Assembly (NCBI GenBank): GCA_973895155.1
Contig: OZ316899.1
Span: forward strand, 11,719,775-11,783,774
Direction: 5' to 3'
Length of the DNA: 64,000 nucleotides
DNA from: Marsupella aquatica
Taxonomy: Eukaryota > Plantae > Marchantiophyta
Below, in pieces: positions 1 to 12,600 of the stretch. The translations under genes were made by a program, and so were the position numbers. The notes under the pieces are model-generated. The model saw only the letters and a program-made list of their open reading frames with translations, was not told where the DNA came from and did not search any database. The stretch's first letter is position 1; every line of letters begins with the position of its first letter.

Positions 1-653
1 CCACCCCATGACATTCTTGCCATGTACTGTGCAAAAGTCTGCACTATGTTAGAGTCACCTCCCCTACAACAATCACATGTCTGGGTGTGACAATGGAGAC
101 AAGCCTCCAAGAAGACACGGTCCTCATCCAGCACCCCATCTGTCTGTTTAACCGAGACGGATACTGTTTGGGGCTGGTGGGGATGTACTTAGCCTCCGGT
201 AATGGTTGCGAGGCACAGATGGATAGCCCCAAGTCACAGCACAGTCTGTAGGCACGATCCCAGAATGGATCATCTTCACACGAAAGCGCTCACCCTTCTG
301 TCGATGGTACTCAGACAATACACTGCGTGTGACAACCATCTTCAGTGCAGTACACAGAGATTGTGCCCACTCCAACAAAATGACAAGGCCACAACAAACA
401 AGGTATCGGGATTGACCTTAGCAAGGGCCTGAACACAACCTCCCCAATTCCCGACTTCTACCAATTGATCCCTCCAAGAAAGAAAGGGAGTTGAAGTTAT
501 ATTTCATGCATACAAGTATCAAACAAACATACAGAGTAGATAGTGTCCAAAAATAGATAGACTCCTATATGCAAACATTTGCATCAGACAAGCAGGTCTT
601 TATTATGTAAACTGCACCAAACACAGGGATACACTTGGAAAACGTAACCAGTC

Positions 654-1121
654 CTATATACACCTGCGTTTTGGTATGATCAAGTTTACACTTTGCCAAA
701 GGGCATTTGCCTCATCCTGTTTAATCATTTCTAGTTTCCTCTTGGTATTGTGAGCCTCAGATTCTACCTCAGTCAACATTAAGTTGAAAGGGCCTTCTTG
801 CAGACGTACCCCTACCTTTAAGGATTCACACATCCATTCAAATGAGACAACTTTCATTGCCTGATTTTGAACAAAGTGATTCACATCAGACCAGGACCAT
901 GTGGACAGGACTGCTTTCCATGAATTGGCAACAATGTGAGTGGTCTTGGTGGATAGAATATCACATTGTCCACCATGACGTTCTATCAGCTTTCTGTGAA
1001 AGACTTGAAAATGAGCTTTGGAAAATCCATTTTGAACTAAGATGGCATTCACGCCTCGGAAAATGGGGTTTGATACTGAACTAGGTGTGGCTTTTTGCGA
1101 AATGGCTTGTCTACGACTCAT
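654..1121 (-). CDS. BRCT-domain protein, probable first coding exon (DNA repair / X-family polymerase-like N-terminus)
   Basis: ORF has BRCT hallmarks: IFRGVNAILV, HGG, TTHIVA, KVVSFEWMCESL. Downstream exons could not be resolved. Confidence 0.7.
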   Translation of the reverse strand: MSRRQAISQKATPSSVSNPIFRGVNAILVQNGFSKAHFQVFHRKLIERHGGQCDILSTKTTHIVANSWKAVLSTWSWSDVNHFVQNQAMKVVSFEWMCESLKVGVRLQEGPFNLMLTEVESEAHNTKRKLEMIKQDEANALWQSVNLIIPKRRCI

Positions 1122-2149
1122 GGTACACTAAACCATAAACTATAAGAAACCGTCTGCTGCTCTGCAACAAAATGAAGCTTACTTGAATCCTCCAAACAGA
1201 TGCCTAGAATTTCTGCTCTGTGATAATTCAATACAAAACCCCTGCACAAGTCCCACACACAACAAAAAGCTCAATAAAACATCAATAGTCTCAACATACA
1301 CCAAAAGCTTAGTACAGTGAAAGTGAATGAGGACCGCAAACTCTCTCACTGTGACACTCTTTACAGTCTCACCAGAAATGCTTTGAAAAACAAAAATGTC
1401 AGGTTAAATAAACTGCGCAGGTAAAAAAACCAGGTTCTCTATCACATTGACAAACAAGCTTTCTTTCATAGTCCGAGGGTTTGTCTGTCTACTATCAGTT
1501 TTCTGCTAACATGTTCCAACTCTGATAGTAGACCCCCCCTGAGAGACTGTCAGTTTTTTGCTAACTATGTGCATTCTGCTAAGCCAAGCTGCAAGTAAAC
1601 ATAGTTAGCAGAATTTCATTCACTTTGGAACCCACAAAAAGAGTTGCTATATGAATAGCAATGTTCTTACCTTCACAGCACAGTCAGTGCAGGATTGGAT
1701 TGGATCTGATTTGGATGGCGAGCACCGATCACAACGAAGATCAAGCACCGATCACCAACCAAGCAGCACTCACCAAGAAAGCACCGATGTCTCTTGCTGA
1801 GTTCACCCTAAATGGACAATCTTGCCAATGCGAGTGGGGATCAGATGCGCAACTTTTTAGAAGCTTCTATAACTGAACAAGCTGGATTTCAGGGTGGCTC
1901 TTTTCAAGGCAATGCAAGCACATAGGCTTGTGACTGTGACAACATAGACTCTGTTTGTATGGAAACTTCCAATTACAAACTCACAGGAGTGATAGATTCT
2001 AACCTGGCAGATCAAACACTTCCTTCTATCTTCCGCCCTCACCAAGCATCCCTTCTGGGTCCGCGTCTGTTTGCAAGCAATATCACGCAACTCAACCCCG
2101 CAACTAAAGAACCAGACAACAACAGACATCCAACCAGCATCGCCCTCCG

Positions 2150-2970
2150 GACCTCTTCAATGAAAGGAAAGACCACATCGCAGGTACAGAGGAAATGCTA
2201 GCAAAAAATAGCAACATCAATGTGCGACAACATTTGCAATAGGAGCGACCTCCAAGGGGACATAGAAGCTCAGAGTATCACCTTCTTTCTGCCAATCCGA
2301 GCTCTATAAAGTAGTGTCTGAAACCAAGTAGCAGTTGACCTCCACACGCCTCCACAATCTACCTACTCTCCAAACTTGCACAGCAACAGTCCTTCCACCC
2401 TCCAAACTTGCCGCAACAGCAGTCCTCCCAATTGTCTCAAAGAGAATGGACGGACCTCTAAAACCGTGGCAGCAGCAGTCCTTGTGGCCTCCACAGTTGA
2501 CTACAGCTCCAGCTTGCAGCAGCGCACAACAATCAACCTTTGATTTCTCACAAAGAACATGGAGAGCCTCTGAACTCGCGCCAACAACAGTCCTCCCAAC
2601 CTCCTCAATCAACTAGAGCTCCTCTTGAATGAAACAAAAAGACCACGTCGCAGGCAAAGAGGAAATGCTAGCAAACAAATAGCAATTGACATCAATGTGC
2701 GACAGCATTTGCAAGAGGAGCAACCTCCAAGGGGCTACATAAGCTAGGAGCATCACCTGCTTGCCGCCAACCTTTCTCTGTAGCGTTGTCGTCCTCCTAA
2801 CACATATCAGAAAGAAACATAAGAAGAAGCAGTACGTAGGGAAACAAGCAAAAAGCTATGGTGGAAACCTGATCAGTTTCTATCAAGCTTGATCCAAACC
2901 AAGTAACAGTCGACCTCGACAATGTACCTCCTTTGAAAACTCGCACCAAAACTCGTGGCAACAGCAACAC
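2150..2970. repeat. Imperfect local duplication upstream of the BRCT ORF
   Basis: 2171-2282 matches 2641-2757 (GACCACRTCGCAGG..GGAAATGCTAGCAAA..); ~2320-2420 resembles ~2896-2965. Confidence 0.7.
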
Positions 2971-3007
2971 TCAGTCTACCCTGATCCTCTCCTCGGTCCT
3001 CTCCTAT

Positions 3008-3185
3008 GTCGCGGCAGCGCAGCGCAGTCGAATGATCCTCCAAAGTCGCGGCAGCGCAGCGCAGTCCCGATTGTCACGAAGAAATTAAACTTGAAGATCC
3101 TCCAATGTCACGGTAGCGCAGCGCAGCCCTCTCGATTGTCACAAAGAGAGACACGGCAGCGCAACGCAGCCCTCCCAATTCGCAC
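3008..3185. repeat. Short dispersed repeats, GTC(G/A)CGGCAGCGCAGCGCAG-like, about 4 copies
   Basis: Copies at about 3008, 3045, 3107 and 3152. Confidence 0.7.
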
Positions 3186-3239
3186 AAAGAAAGTGAACAT
3201 TGAGTTTGAAACTCAATGTTCGCGTGTCCTCCCCCATCC

Positions 3240-3312
3240 TCGGGCCCACAATCCCCATCTCTAAAGCCGCCACCCGGGCCATTATTAACCGTTCGATCTT
3301 AAACCCTAAACA
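3240..3312 (-). promoter_or_regulatory. Possible promoter of the BRCT gene (site II-like GGGCC(C/A) plus telo-box AAACCCTA)
   Basis: GGGCCCA at ~3242, GGGCCA at ~3276, AAACCCTA at 3301. This motif pairing is known from plant cell-cycle and translation gene promoters; assignment to this gene is inferred. Confidence 0.3.
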
Positions 3313-3779
3313 TGGACGGCCCTCGCAAACCCCGAGTGGTATCATTGTTCCCCCGAGGGTCCCTTAACCCACTTTAGACCCCGTCCCAATAAATCAAAAA
3401 CTGAAATCCTTCACAATATAGTTTTTGGACAAAAGTTTGGTTACAATAGGGCAAAAATTGAAACATTCATGTTGCAGCAAAAAATCATATGTACCACCTA
3501 AAACCACGTGTTGCAATTACATGGAGACACGTGGTCCAACCTAAACATGACGCGTGTCGCATGAACATATGGCAATAAATTCCCTAACTTTCCTGGACAC
3601 CTTCCGTGGAATATGTCCCATATAAAAAATGCCTATTGTTCTTTAAAGCATCCCAACAATTAAAACGGACCCTTTTGTTCTTCCACCAAACTTCGAAAGT
3701 CTTCCGTTGAACCCAATTAAATGACCCTATACTTTGTTGCACGTGATGTGGCACTTCCGTGGAAGTGACCCCCCCAAGG

Positions 3780-3920
3780 GCTCAACCTTTGTGTTTTTGT
3801 TACCTTATTCATTCATAAGTGCTAAATCATTGAAAATCATTCCTTACATGTTCTTCCATGGGAACGAATACCGAGTTTTGGATCTTAAATGTTCATATAT
3901 GTCCCTAGTGTGATACTACA
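3780..3920 (+). mobile_element. 3' terminal fragment of LTR family B
   Basis: Near-identical to 29060-29199; ends TACTACA and truncates the adjacent SWIM ORF. Confidence 0.85.
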
Positions 3921-5906
3921 CTCCTCTACATGAAACTTGAAGACATTTATAAATACCCAATACAAATGTTTACAAGGCATATATGGCTTGCCGCGAGAAT
4001 GACGACGGAAGAAATCCTCACAGGAACAGGTTGGAAAGACGCAAATTTGGACAAAGTAAGTGTTTGGGGATCGAAGGTTCTCATGGGTCCGGATTTTGAA
4101 TTGCTTCCCAAATGCAATTCCAATACCCACATCCCACTCGCCATCCAGAGTCATAGCTTCTTTCCGAGCTGACTCCATTCGTGTACTGTGAGCCAAAGTT
4201 AGATTTGATCAAGGTCTAGAGTTTCTCCCATTCCTGGTCCAAAGGCGTACGTTGGGGTCGGCGAAATTGATTCTTTCAGGAAATGCGTTTACATTAATTC
4301 TCAAGTCGAATGGAACAGGTGCATCTCGAGATGTCGCAGCTGTTTGGACCATCGAGACTCCCTGTGCTTCAAGGAACACTACCTCGGCAGGTGACAGGTT
4401 GGTCCCTTTCACAATTGGCAAGATATCCGGCACAGGAGGAAGGCGTTCAACACCACGACGCGGGCGGCTTTGTAGCATGTTTTGTTTGCGCAGAACCATA
4501 TCATTTCTGCAATGGGTGTGCCTCTGAAATTTGATGTCCACTGACAACAATGCCGACAACACCTGCTGCCAAATGGAACCCGACTTTTTTGACACGATTT
4601 TGACACTCATCCCTCTCAAAATTTCCATGCAAAGTCCCATTGCATTGAGGCCGTGCCCCATATTTGGCCGTCCGCCGCAAATGCCAGGTCCCTCTAGGAA
4701 CGTCCATTTCCAAAGGAGTTGACTCTATCGGCAAACGTTGAAGAACAGCCGGAGCACTGAGTGGGGGTTGCGATGATGTTGCTATTCCTTTGGCTTCAGG
4801 GGTGTTCGCGAGGGAATCACTTCCATTCGTTGAAGTGTCGCTCCCGCCGAGGTCGACTATGGGATCTGTTACATTTGCGGGAAAGGAAGTGAAGGCAGTG
4901 TTGTTGAGATTCTTCCGTTTGAACCCTCAAGTATTTGGTGTAGTGATGAGAATGGTGTCATGCCAATGGGAGTCTTGTGGCGAGACAATCCCAGTTGCAA
5001 GTCCCTTCCTCTTAACCGACTTTGTGACAATATCTCCATTCAGAGGAGAGCTCCAATCCAAATCCAAATCAACTGAAATGTTGGAAAGAATTATGTTGGT
5101 TGCTTCTTCAAATAACTTGGGTGAACCAGATTGGTCTGCGGATCGGAATGCTAATTCCCAGATAGTTGGCCCCTTCCCTCTATTGAGTCCCTTCCGATAT
5201 GCACTGTAACCTGCAACTTGTGACAGAGCTCAATTTTGATCAACTTTGCATGCTTCAAAGAGACCCACCATTTTTTGGTAGCCCATGCTTTCATGGAGGC
5301 GTGCCTTGACTCTGACCCGGTACAGTTTGGAATGAGCGCACCTTCTTCTACGCTTTTGCTCTACAATAAAACCCGTCCAGACAAAATTTACTTCTTTTCT
5401 ATAAGCAGCGCCAAGCGCTAGTAATGAGTAGGAGATAATAAAAGAAGGTTTATTGGTACAAGTTTTGTTTTCTGTAATGTTTGAGGTTTTTTGAGTGAAA
5501 ATTAAAGCAATGCCTGGCGCTAGTATAAACACACTGAGGTTTGACTAATAAAAGCATCAGGAAAACTTACCACACAAATGAAATTCCCTCACTGATGCCA
5601 TCGAACAACCCACCAAGATATCCAACTTTGCAACATCATCAGCTTTCCTCGGACATAGTTTCCCGCTTGCCACCACAACACGATCTCCCTAGAAACTCGA
5701 TATGCTGCAACAAACATTGGAGCATTCCGCAGTTTCTCCCATAGTTGCCGATGTTCTGGTTGCTTGCCCTCCAAAACTCCTTCTGTAGAGTGTTGATGGA
5801 AAGACTGGTAAAAGTGAAATGCATCAGAGCGTTCACGTTCAGGGTCTGGGTGCCCTCCAAAAAAGACATTGCGAATGGCAATCCATCCAGCCTGAGCATT
5901 GTCAGC
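3921..5906 (-). pseudogene. MULE transposase 1, C-terminal half (MULE core to SWIM finger)
   Basis: ADNAQAGWIAIRNVF..RERSDAFHF core (5589-5906) and SWIM motif CSCEDF..PCKHLYWV (~3950-4040). Colinear with 17924-20101. Has stops and frameshifts and a probable intron at ~5375-5570; cut by LTR sequences at both ends. Confidence 0.8.
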
Positions 5907-7280
5907 TGTGGTGCATCCCCTGCCTCCCCAAACCCAAGAAACCCCCTTGCTCAAGCCGATTCCCGCAGGTTTCGTCCTTGGCGAGGCCGTTTCCGCGGTT
6001 TAGCGGCATGGGACGCTGCTAATCCTCTATTAACATTTTACACACATATACTGGACAGATCCTTCATCGGGTCATGAGATACTTAGCCGGCCTATTCTAG
6101 TCCCTCCCTTGTATTCCTCTCCTGGTCTTCCATTAGGTATGTTTGGATTCCGCCGCCGGAATGATCTCCAATTGGCTTGGTTAAGCCGCTAAGACCTCTC
6201 TCAGCTCGACACATCCAACTCTCATTCCCCTGCTTACTTCTATTCCTCTATTAGTTGATGTGGGCACTCTTCACACAAGTTAATGCGACACACAAATAAC
6301 AAAATGACTCCTTCTGACTGAGTTATACCATGCACTTGCCATACAAACAGTACATCTCATACACAAGCTCTGCGAACTAAGCCGCGAGGCCAACTCTATT
6401 CAGTTCTTAAGTATGAGGAAACATGAATATATACAAGGGTCACTGTATAACTAACCGAGAGCTTCTCTTACTACTTGATCCCAGCCCTGCTGGTGCAACT
6501 AAAAACTTGCTAAAGAAGAGGCCCTGAACTCCCCGCAACCCAGGTACTTATCCTGGTTGTGGATCCGCCTGATTCCTTGCAGCGTAAACCTAATCTACCT
6601 ACTATAATCTACCTAATTGTAATCTACCTAAGTACAGCGAGGCAGGAGCACAAGTGTCGTCCACACCCGTGGATCCAAAATCCCATTAATCTAAGTGTCA
6701 GGGCCGTCTCCTGATCCTGATCCTAAGTCTAAACTTGGAGATCAGCGCCCACCCTGCCCACTCACGCCTCCTACCTCCACGTCCGCCCTCCCTAAAAGGG
6801 ACGGCGCCCTTACACCGTCACGACACCGGTGGCTGGTCCTCAATGGACGCCCCCAATGCTTCCTCCACAGCCACTGCCGTTGGTCCGTCCTCTGACAGAT
6901 TACCTGCCCCTGACCGAGTCAACTCTTCATCGGCCTGACTGGGTCCACCCTCAGCTTCGACCTCAGCATCGGTCACGGCCTCTGCTACGGCTACGGCCTC
7001 CCCGACATGTTCTAGTGGAGGATCTGGTACCTCGGCAGCATTACTGGTTCTCCCGGCCTCGGCCTTGCCATCTCCACTTCCTAGGACTGGTGGATCCACT
7101 ACCATGCCGATGCCGGAGGTTGGTGCCGGGTTTATCTTCTCGGTCACAATGGCTTGAGAAGCCGTATAACTCCCAGACCTAGAGGGTTTCCGCTTCTTCT
7201 TCTTCCCTATTTCGACAGCCGGTTCCTTCCCCTTGCCACTTACCTCCAGCATCGGGGTGAGTGTTACGGCTTGTCCTTCG
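5907..7280 (-). mobile_element. Truncated copy of LTR family C
   Basis: Reverse complement of ~47550-48909; begins TGTGGTGC at 5907; ORF 6818-7252 matches the C-terminus of ORF 47249-47995. Confidence 0.9.
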
Positions 7281-7477
7281 TGACAACGATATTTTGAGCC
7301 ATGGCTTCAAAAGAGGGATATGCATTTGCCCCACGCGAAATGAAATATGTTTATCATGAGATTCGAGTACGAGAAGTAAACGTTCCATTCTCATTATAGA
7401 GTCGTTATAGATTTGGACGCACTCCATCAATGACGTTTTGTCGTCTTACCAACGGCAGGATTTGGGTTCATAGTTAC

Positions 7478-7625
7478 TAGCGCCTGGCGCCACCTCTAAG
7501 TGTAAAACACTCTTGGGTGAGGACTACGAATGCCAATAATAATAGCACCTGGCGCTACCTCTGGGTGCAAACATTCTTGGGTGAGGAGTACGAAGGCAAT
7601 AAATAATAGTGCCTGGCGCTACCTA
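7478..7625. repeat. ~64-bp tandem repeat, each unit carrying the TAGCGCCNGGCGCTA palindrome
   Basis: Palindromes at 7478, 7543 and 7607 with a shared spacer (..TCTTGGGTGAGGA(C/G)TACGAA..). Confidence 0.85.
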
Positions 7626-8082
7626 TTTCAATGGACTTGAAAACATTCAATGGAAGGATAAGTACGATAACGCGATACAGTACGAGTCATTAAGTTGGCA
7701 CGCTTGAAGATCTCCACTGGATCTTCGCAAATCCGATCCGCCCGGGTCCAAATGTGTCAGAGAGGAAGCGTCCACGAAAGTTATATCAAAGGGTCCTCTT
7801 CAAAGTGGGTACCCAGGACCAAGTGCGAACTCTCCTTATATCTAGTCGTTCTCCTCCGATGTCCTCATTGTCAAGCCATTCTTCACTGAGTCGCAGTTGT
7901 GGCTCATCTTTCGAGCGCGTGGTTCTCGTTCTCGCTTTTGGGCCCAGTTGTTCTTTTTGGCTTTCGTGCGCGTTCTTGTTCTCCTTCTCGTCCTCGTTTC
8001 TCATTCTCGTCCTAGTTCACGCTGTTGCCCTCCTTCACGTTCTTGTTCGCGCTTCTTGTTCTCGTCCTCGTCCTCACTTTCA

Positions 8083-8511
8083 ATGGCACCTCCACGAGGG
8101 AAGGCAAAGGAGGAGGCACTTGTCCCGAGCGACACCGACCGGGAGACCCCCGCATCAAATAGCTTACCGCCTCGGCCGAATGCCGAGAGGACGATGGTTC
8201 CAATCTCGAAGAAGGGGAAACTCATCTCAAAGACGAAGAATGCCCCAACTGTGGGCCACAGCGAAGGATCCAGTCGGCCAAATGCGAGCGGCCCAACTTC
8301 TGTTCCCGCTAGGGATATCGCCCCTGCTTCAGTCGGCCGTCCAAGAGCCGATACTATCTGCATGGGAGTCTCCGTATCTTCTTCATCCACTGAGAGTGAT
8401 CGTTCTTCAAGCGGGGACTCATCACCGAGCAGGCGAGGATTTGCGTGGTATGGATCGAGTGACTCGAATGACGACTCCAATGCATACAAGCCAAGTTGGT
8501 GGGAAGACTGA
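8083..8511 (+). CDS. Small Ser/Pro-rich ORF of unknown function
   Basis: ATG at 8083 (MAPPRGKAKEE..) follows a pyrimidine-rich leader; low complexity, no recognisable domain. Confidence 0.3.
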   Translation: MAPPRGKAKEEALVPSDTDRETPASNSLPPRPNAERTMVPISKKGKLISKTKNAPTVGHSEGSSRPNASGPTSVPARDIAPASVGRPRADTICMGVSVSSSSTESDRSSSGDSSPSRRGFAWYGSSDSNDDSNAYKPSWWED

Positions 8512-8836
8512 TTTCCCGTTGTCAGAGCGTATCATTCGAGTGCTGGAGAGACTTGGAGGATCCATCGAGGTTGATAGGATTTGTTTCCACTTGTTTTTTT
8601 CCGATAGAAAACCCATACCGTTCCTTCCTCGTATGTCGGATTTCTAGTGTAATGTAACATTTTGTATATAAACGGCACAGCCGTTCGTTTTTACCTCGGT
8701 GTCAATGCTTTTGAATTCAGAAGACCAAGCTTTAATTTCGGGTTCTACTCCCATGTTTGCATTGTATTTCTGAATGCGAACCTGATCTATTTCTTTGAAA
8801 TGGCCGTAAACACTCGTTTGCTATCAATGTTTTTAC

Positions 8837-9272
8837 TAGCGTTTGGCGCTATTATGAGAAACAAAGTGTCCGTAACACTGTCGTGACATGTCTTATCTCT
8901 AAAGTGTTTTTGATAGCGTTGGGCACTATTAATGAAAGGAATCACAAGTCAGACCCGTTCGGAGTTATTTTTACTTTTATTTCAACAAATTCTGTTCAAT
9001 TGATGTGCATTTTAATAGCGCCAGGCGCTATTGTAATTCATTGGAATATTTGTTGAATGAATGGGTTCATGTGGTCATGTTTGTTGTCATTGGACTTCGA
9101 TTTCATCATTTATTTGAATACTAGCGCCGAGCGCTACTAAAGTTGGCTTGTCGATACCTGCACAAAATTGGAAAATTTATAGACAATTGTGTTGATAGTA
9201 CTGCCCGTAGGTACATTAAGATGGTTTTTCAGATACATTTGAAAGTATGTTGTATAATAGCGTCTGGCGCTA
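8837..9272. promoter_or_regulatory. Cluster of 5 TAGCGCCNGGCGCTA palindromes upstream of ParB-MTase copy 1
   Basis: Copies at 8837, 8914, 9016 (perfect), 9122 and 9258 in AT-rich DNA. Regulatory role is inferred. Confidence 0.7.
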
Positions 9273-9660
9273 TCCACAACTACCGACACTGATGTGGTTC
9301 CAACGGTCACTTTCCAATGGTAATATTATAGTAGATTGAGGTTCACGGAACCCTTTTTGCTTTTGTCTGGGATGAAAGTCCAATCGGAGAATGCCATCTG
9401 TACTTGGGACCGTTGTAATCGAATGGCTGGTTCTATTGTATCGGTGTCTTAATACGAGGTGGAGATCGCTCGTTTGGGATAATTTAGTCCGTCTACACGC
9501 TCAGACCTCGGACTGTACGAGTTTGTCAAGTGCATATGTGCGTCCTTTATTGGTCCCGTACATTTTGAGACGTGATCGTCACAAGAACTGCACGGCGAGT
9601 ACGATAGTGCCGGGTGGTCGAGTCGCTCTCCACGGCAACTTTTGGCTGGGTGATACAAGA

Positions 9661-12600
9661 ATGGGGGAGGCTGATGGTGGTCATTCTGAGTCCTCTCAGT
9701 CTTCGTTCGCTGGTTCAGTATACACCCGTCGCGTCACTCGATCGATTGCATCCCTGTCAACTTCCGAAGCTGAATCTGCACAGCCCTTCCCGAGGTCGAG
9801 GAGAGGGAGAATGGACCCTAAGGATGTCTCCATGGGTGAAGTCAGTGACATAGGCTTATCGATGGACGAGGTAATATCAAAGCACGCATTGTCGTTCGGG
9901 AAGGATTTTCGAGGATTCGATAAGGAGCCACCTCGAATTCCTCTTTGTAGATTGCTCCCCATGGAGGTTGTTTGAACCTTACAGAAAGAAAGTGCATCGA
10001 TCGAGAAGTTGAAAGAATCATTCTGTGTCACCGGGTACAACTCGCGCATTGGGATGCCTTTCTACGTTCAGCCTGCGAATGCCAATGGGGTTTCTCAGAT
10101 ATGCACCAGCGAGATCCGAGACTCTTGGGATCCAATCTGGGTTGCAGAGAACGACAAGTTTGAGGAAGAGTGTGATGCGGACCCAGCGTTCCATATTCTA
10201 AAAGATAAAATGTTTTGTGTGTTTGACGGAAATCATCGATTGTACTCGTGGTCAATCGTCACGAGGGAAAATCCGGACAACTTGAAGTATCATCCTCGTG
10301 TGATTTGCGTCATTTTCAATGGTGACAGAGGTTTGCTAGTTGAGCTCGAGGCGGCAATGCACACCGTGAACCAGTAAGTTCTATTCGTTAACTGTTGTTA
10401 CCCCTGTCATTCATTTTGGACCAAACATGCTTTGCGAAAGTGTTCATTCCCCAATTTTTGCTAGCGCCCGGCGCTACTAATTCCTTTTCATTGCATCTAG
10501 GCTTGGACAAGCAGTTGTCGAGCCTTCCTGGATTCTTGATGCGGACAGAATTTCCCAAATTCTGTCGCGTGATCTTGATCACTATAAGCCACTCATCGAC
10601 AGCGCGAACATGGCAAAGTTTGAGGCGATCCGAAAGAAGACGAGAAACGGGTCTTGGTTTACACATAAAATGCCACAGGATGCTCTCATCTACATTCTGT
10701 GTGTGGACAAAATCAAGTCTTACTCAAATCAATTTAAGTCTGATATGGCTTTAGCCAAAGCTCAAGGGGCTTCTTGGTCAGAAGAGGAGACCACAAAGAG
10801 GCATGAGGCAATGATGAAGGAGGCGACCAAAGATTGGTCGATCAAAGTGACGAAGATCACCCCTTTACTTCATCCGGATTTTGGAGATTATTTGGGAACC
10901 TGTGCTGAGATGTATCCCGTAACTGAGAAGAACAAACGGGAGAAGAAGCCAGACACAGTTGTATGCACAATGGATCGAGCCAGGTTGTTTACTGCTGTTT
11001 CATACCTGGATCCAAAATTGAGGTGCACCCTTCTAGTAGCCCACTGCACTCCCGAGATTCGGAAACAGTTTTTCCATCCTGCAAGTGTCAACGACGAGCC
11101 TGTGAAGCAGTGGTGCCATACATGGCATACTTGGAATTCTGTGGAGGGAATTGCAACTGGAATGCTTCACACTTCCTTCAAACAGATTTCTGACCGGATG
11201 CCGGCTGACCGTCTCACAAAGTCTGGGTGTGAGTCAATGGAGCCATGCTTAAGATCATTCTCGATGAATTCAGAAACTTTGGGGATCTTGTCAAGGCAAA
11301 ATTCTTCAACAACTTGTGGCCTTCCAAATATGCGGACAAGGAAGATTACACAGAGCGGAACCGGAAGAGAGCCAAACGATATCTATACCGGTTTTACATG
11401 TGGATGGAGCTTAGATCTCCTGACACTCTGTGGGCATACCCGGCTGCATTTCAGAAATGGGTGTCTATCGAAGAGGGAGACGCTCTTGCCGACCTTTATT
11501 CGATGTACCCAGCGGAGGGAAAGTTTCCACCACGTTCATTGTCGGAGTGGGAGAGACTTCACTGTCCGTGGTACCTCGACACAGACAAATGGGATTTACC
11601 GTTTGACAAAGTTGAGAAGGATGCCTTCATGAAGTTGCAGAAGTCCCAGATCCCTGCCAACTATGTGTCTGCAATGAAGCAAGGTCTCCAGTCTGATGTT
11701 GACAAATCTGCATCTAAGTTACAGAAGAATTGTGAGTCTCTTGTCATGCACGTTGACCGAAGCCGTAAGCCAAGAGCAAAGGCGAAGAATGAGTCAGTTG
11801 CCCCAAGTGACTCCACAAGGTCCTTCAAGAAAAGTGAGTAGTCTAAGCGCTTTTTGGTTACTTGTTGGCGCTACTTATGCAGGAGTTTCATTAGGAAATT
11901 CCTTTGATTAATAGCGCCTGGAGCTAGTCTGAAAGGTTGGACTCATTCAAGTTTCTGTGCCTAACAGGAGGTCAAAAGTCCGACACGGAGGTCCCGACTG
12001 CCGAAGGGAAGAATGATGCAACTCCTCAGGCATCGGAGGCAAACACTGGAGCTCAAGAAACCCCGGATCAAGGGACCCCGGATGGTGCTGGAAAATCCAT
12101 TGTCCCTCTTGACGCAACTAGCACGAAGAAAAAGAAAAAGAGAGGCGCCGATGAGGACAGAGCAGCATCATCTACTCGAGATGTTATTTCCTGTGGACTC
12201 CAGAGAGATGTCGGGAATTTTAAGCGAAGGTGTTCTAGACATTGTTTTGTGGAGTCCAATTTAAACAAATTTTATGATTCGGTATTTAACAAGGGGATGA
12301 AGCCCATGTGGGTTACTAAAGTTGAGGCCTGGGGAAAGGAATTGGTAAAGTCAGGAGACAGAGAGAAGGGAGTAATGCGTGGCGGAAAAGAGAGGGGCTT
12401 TGGTGTGGATGCTGGTTTCATCTACATTCCCACTGGATTAAAACCAACACTTCTTGATCGGAAGGTTCCCAAGTGGAACCTTCAGGATTACACTATTCCC
12501 AGCTCTTTCTTCCGAGCCATGGAGCCGTTCCTTGCAGACGATGGCCTACTTGCAATTTTACACAGAGGAGACTATGATCAGGTATCTGAAGTGATTGCGG

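Noticed and set aside
7754-8647. 297-aa ORF and the many short antisense ORFs in the track
   Set aside because: Low-complexity or shadow frames of repeats and transposon genes with no domain signal.
7478-9272. Palindrome clusters as a CRISPR array
   Set aside because: The repeat is only 15 bp, spacing is irregular, some spacers are themselves duplicated, no cas genes are present, and the context is eukaryotic.
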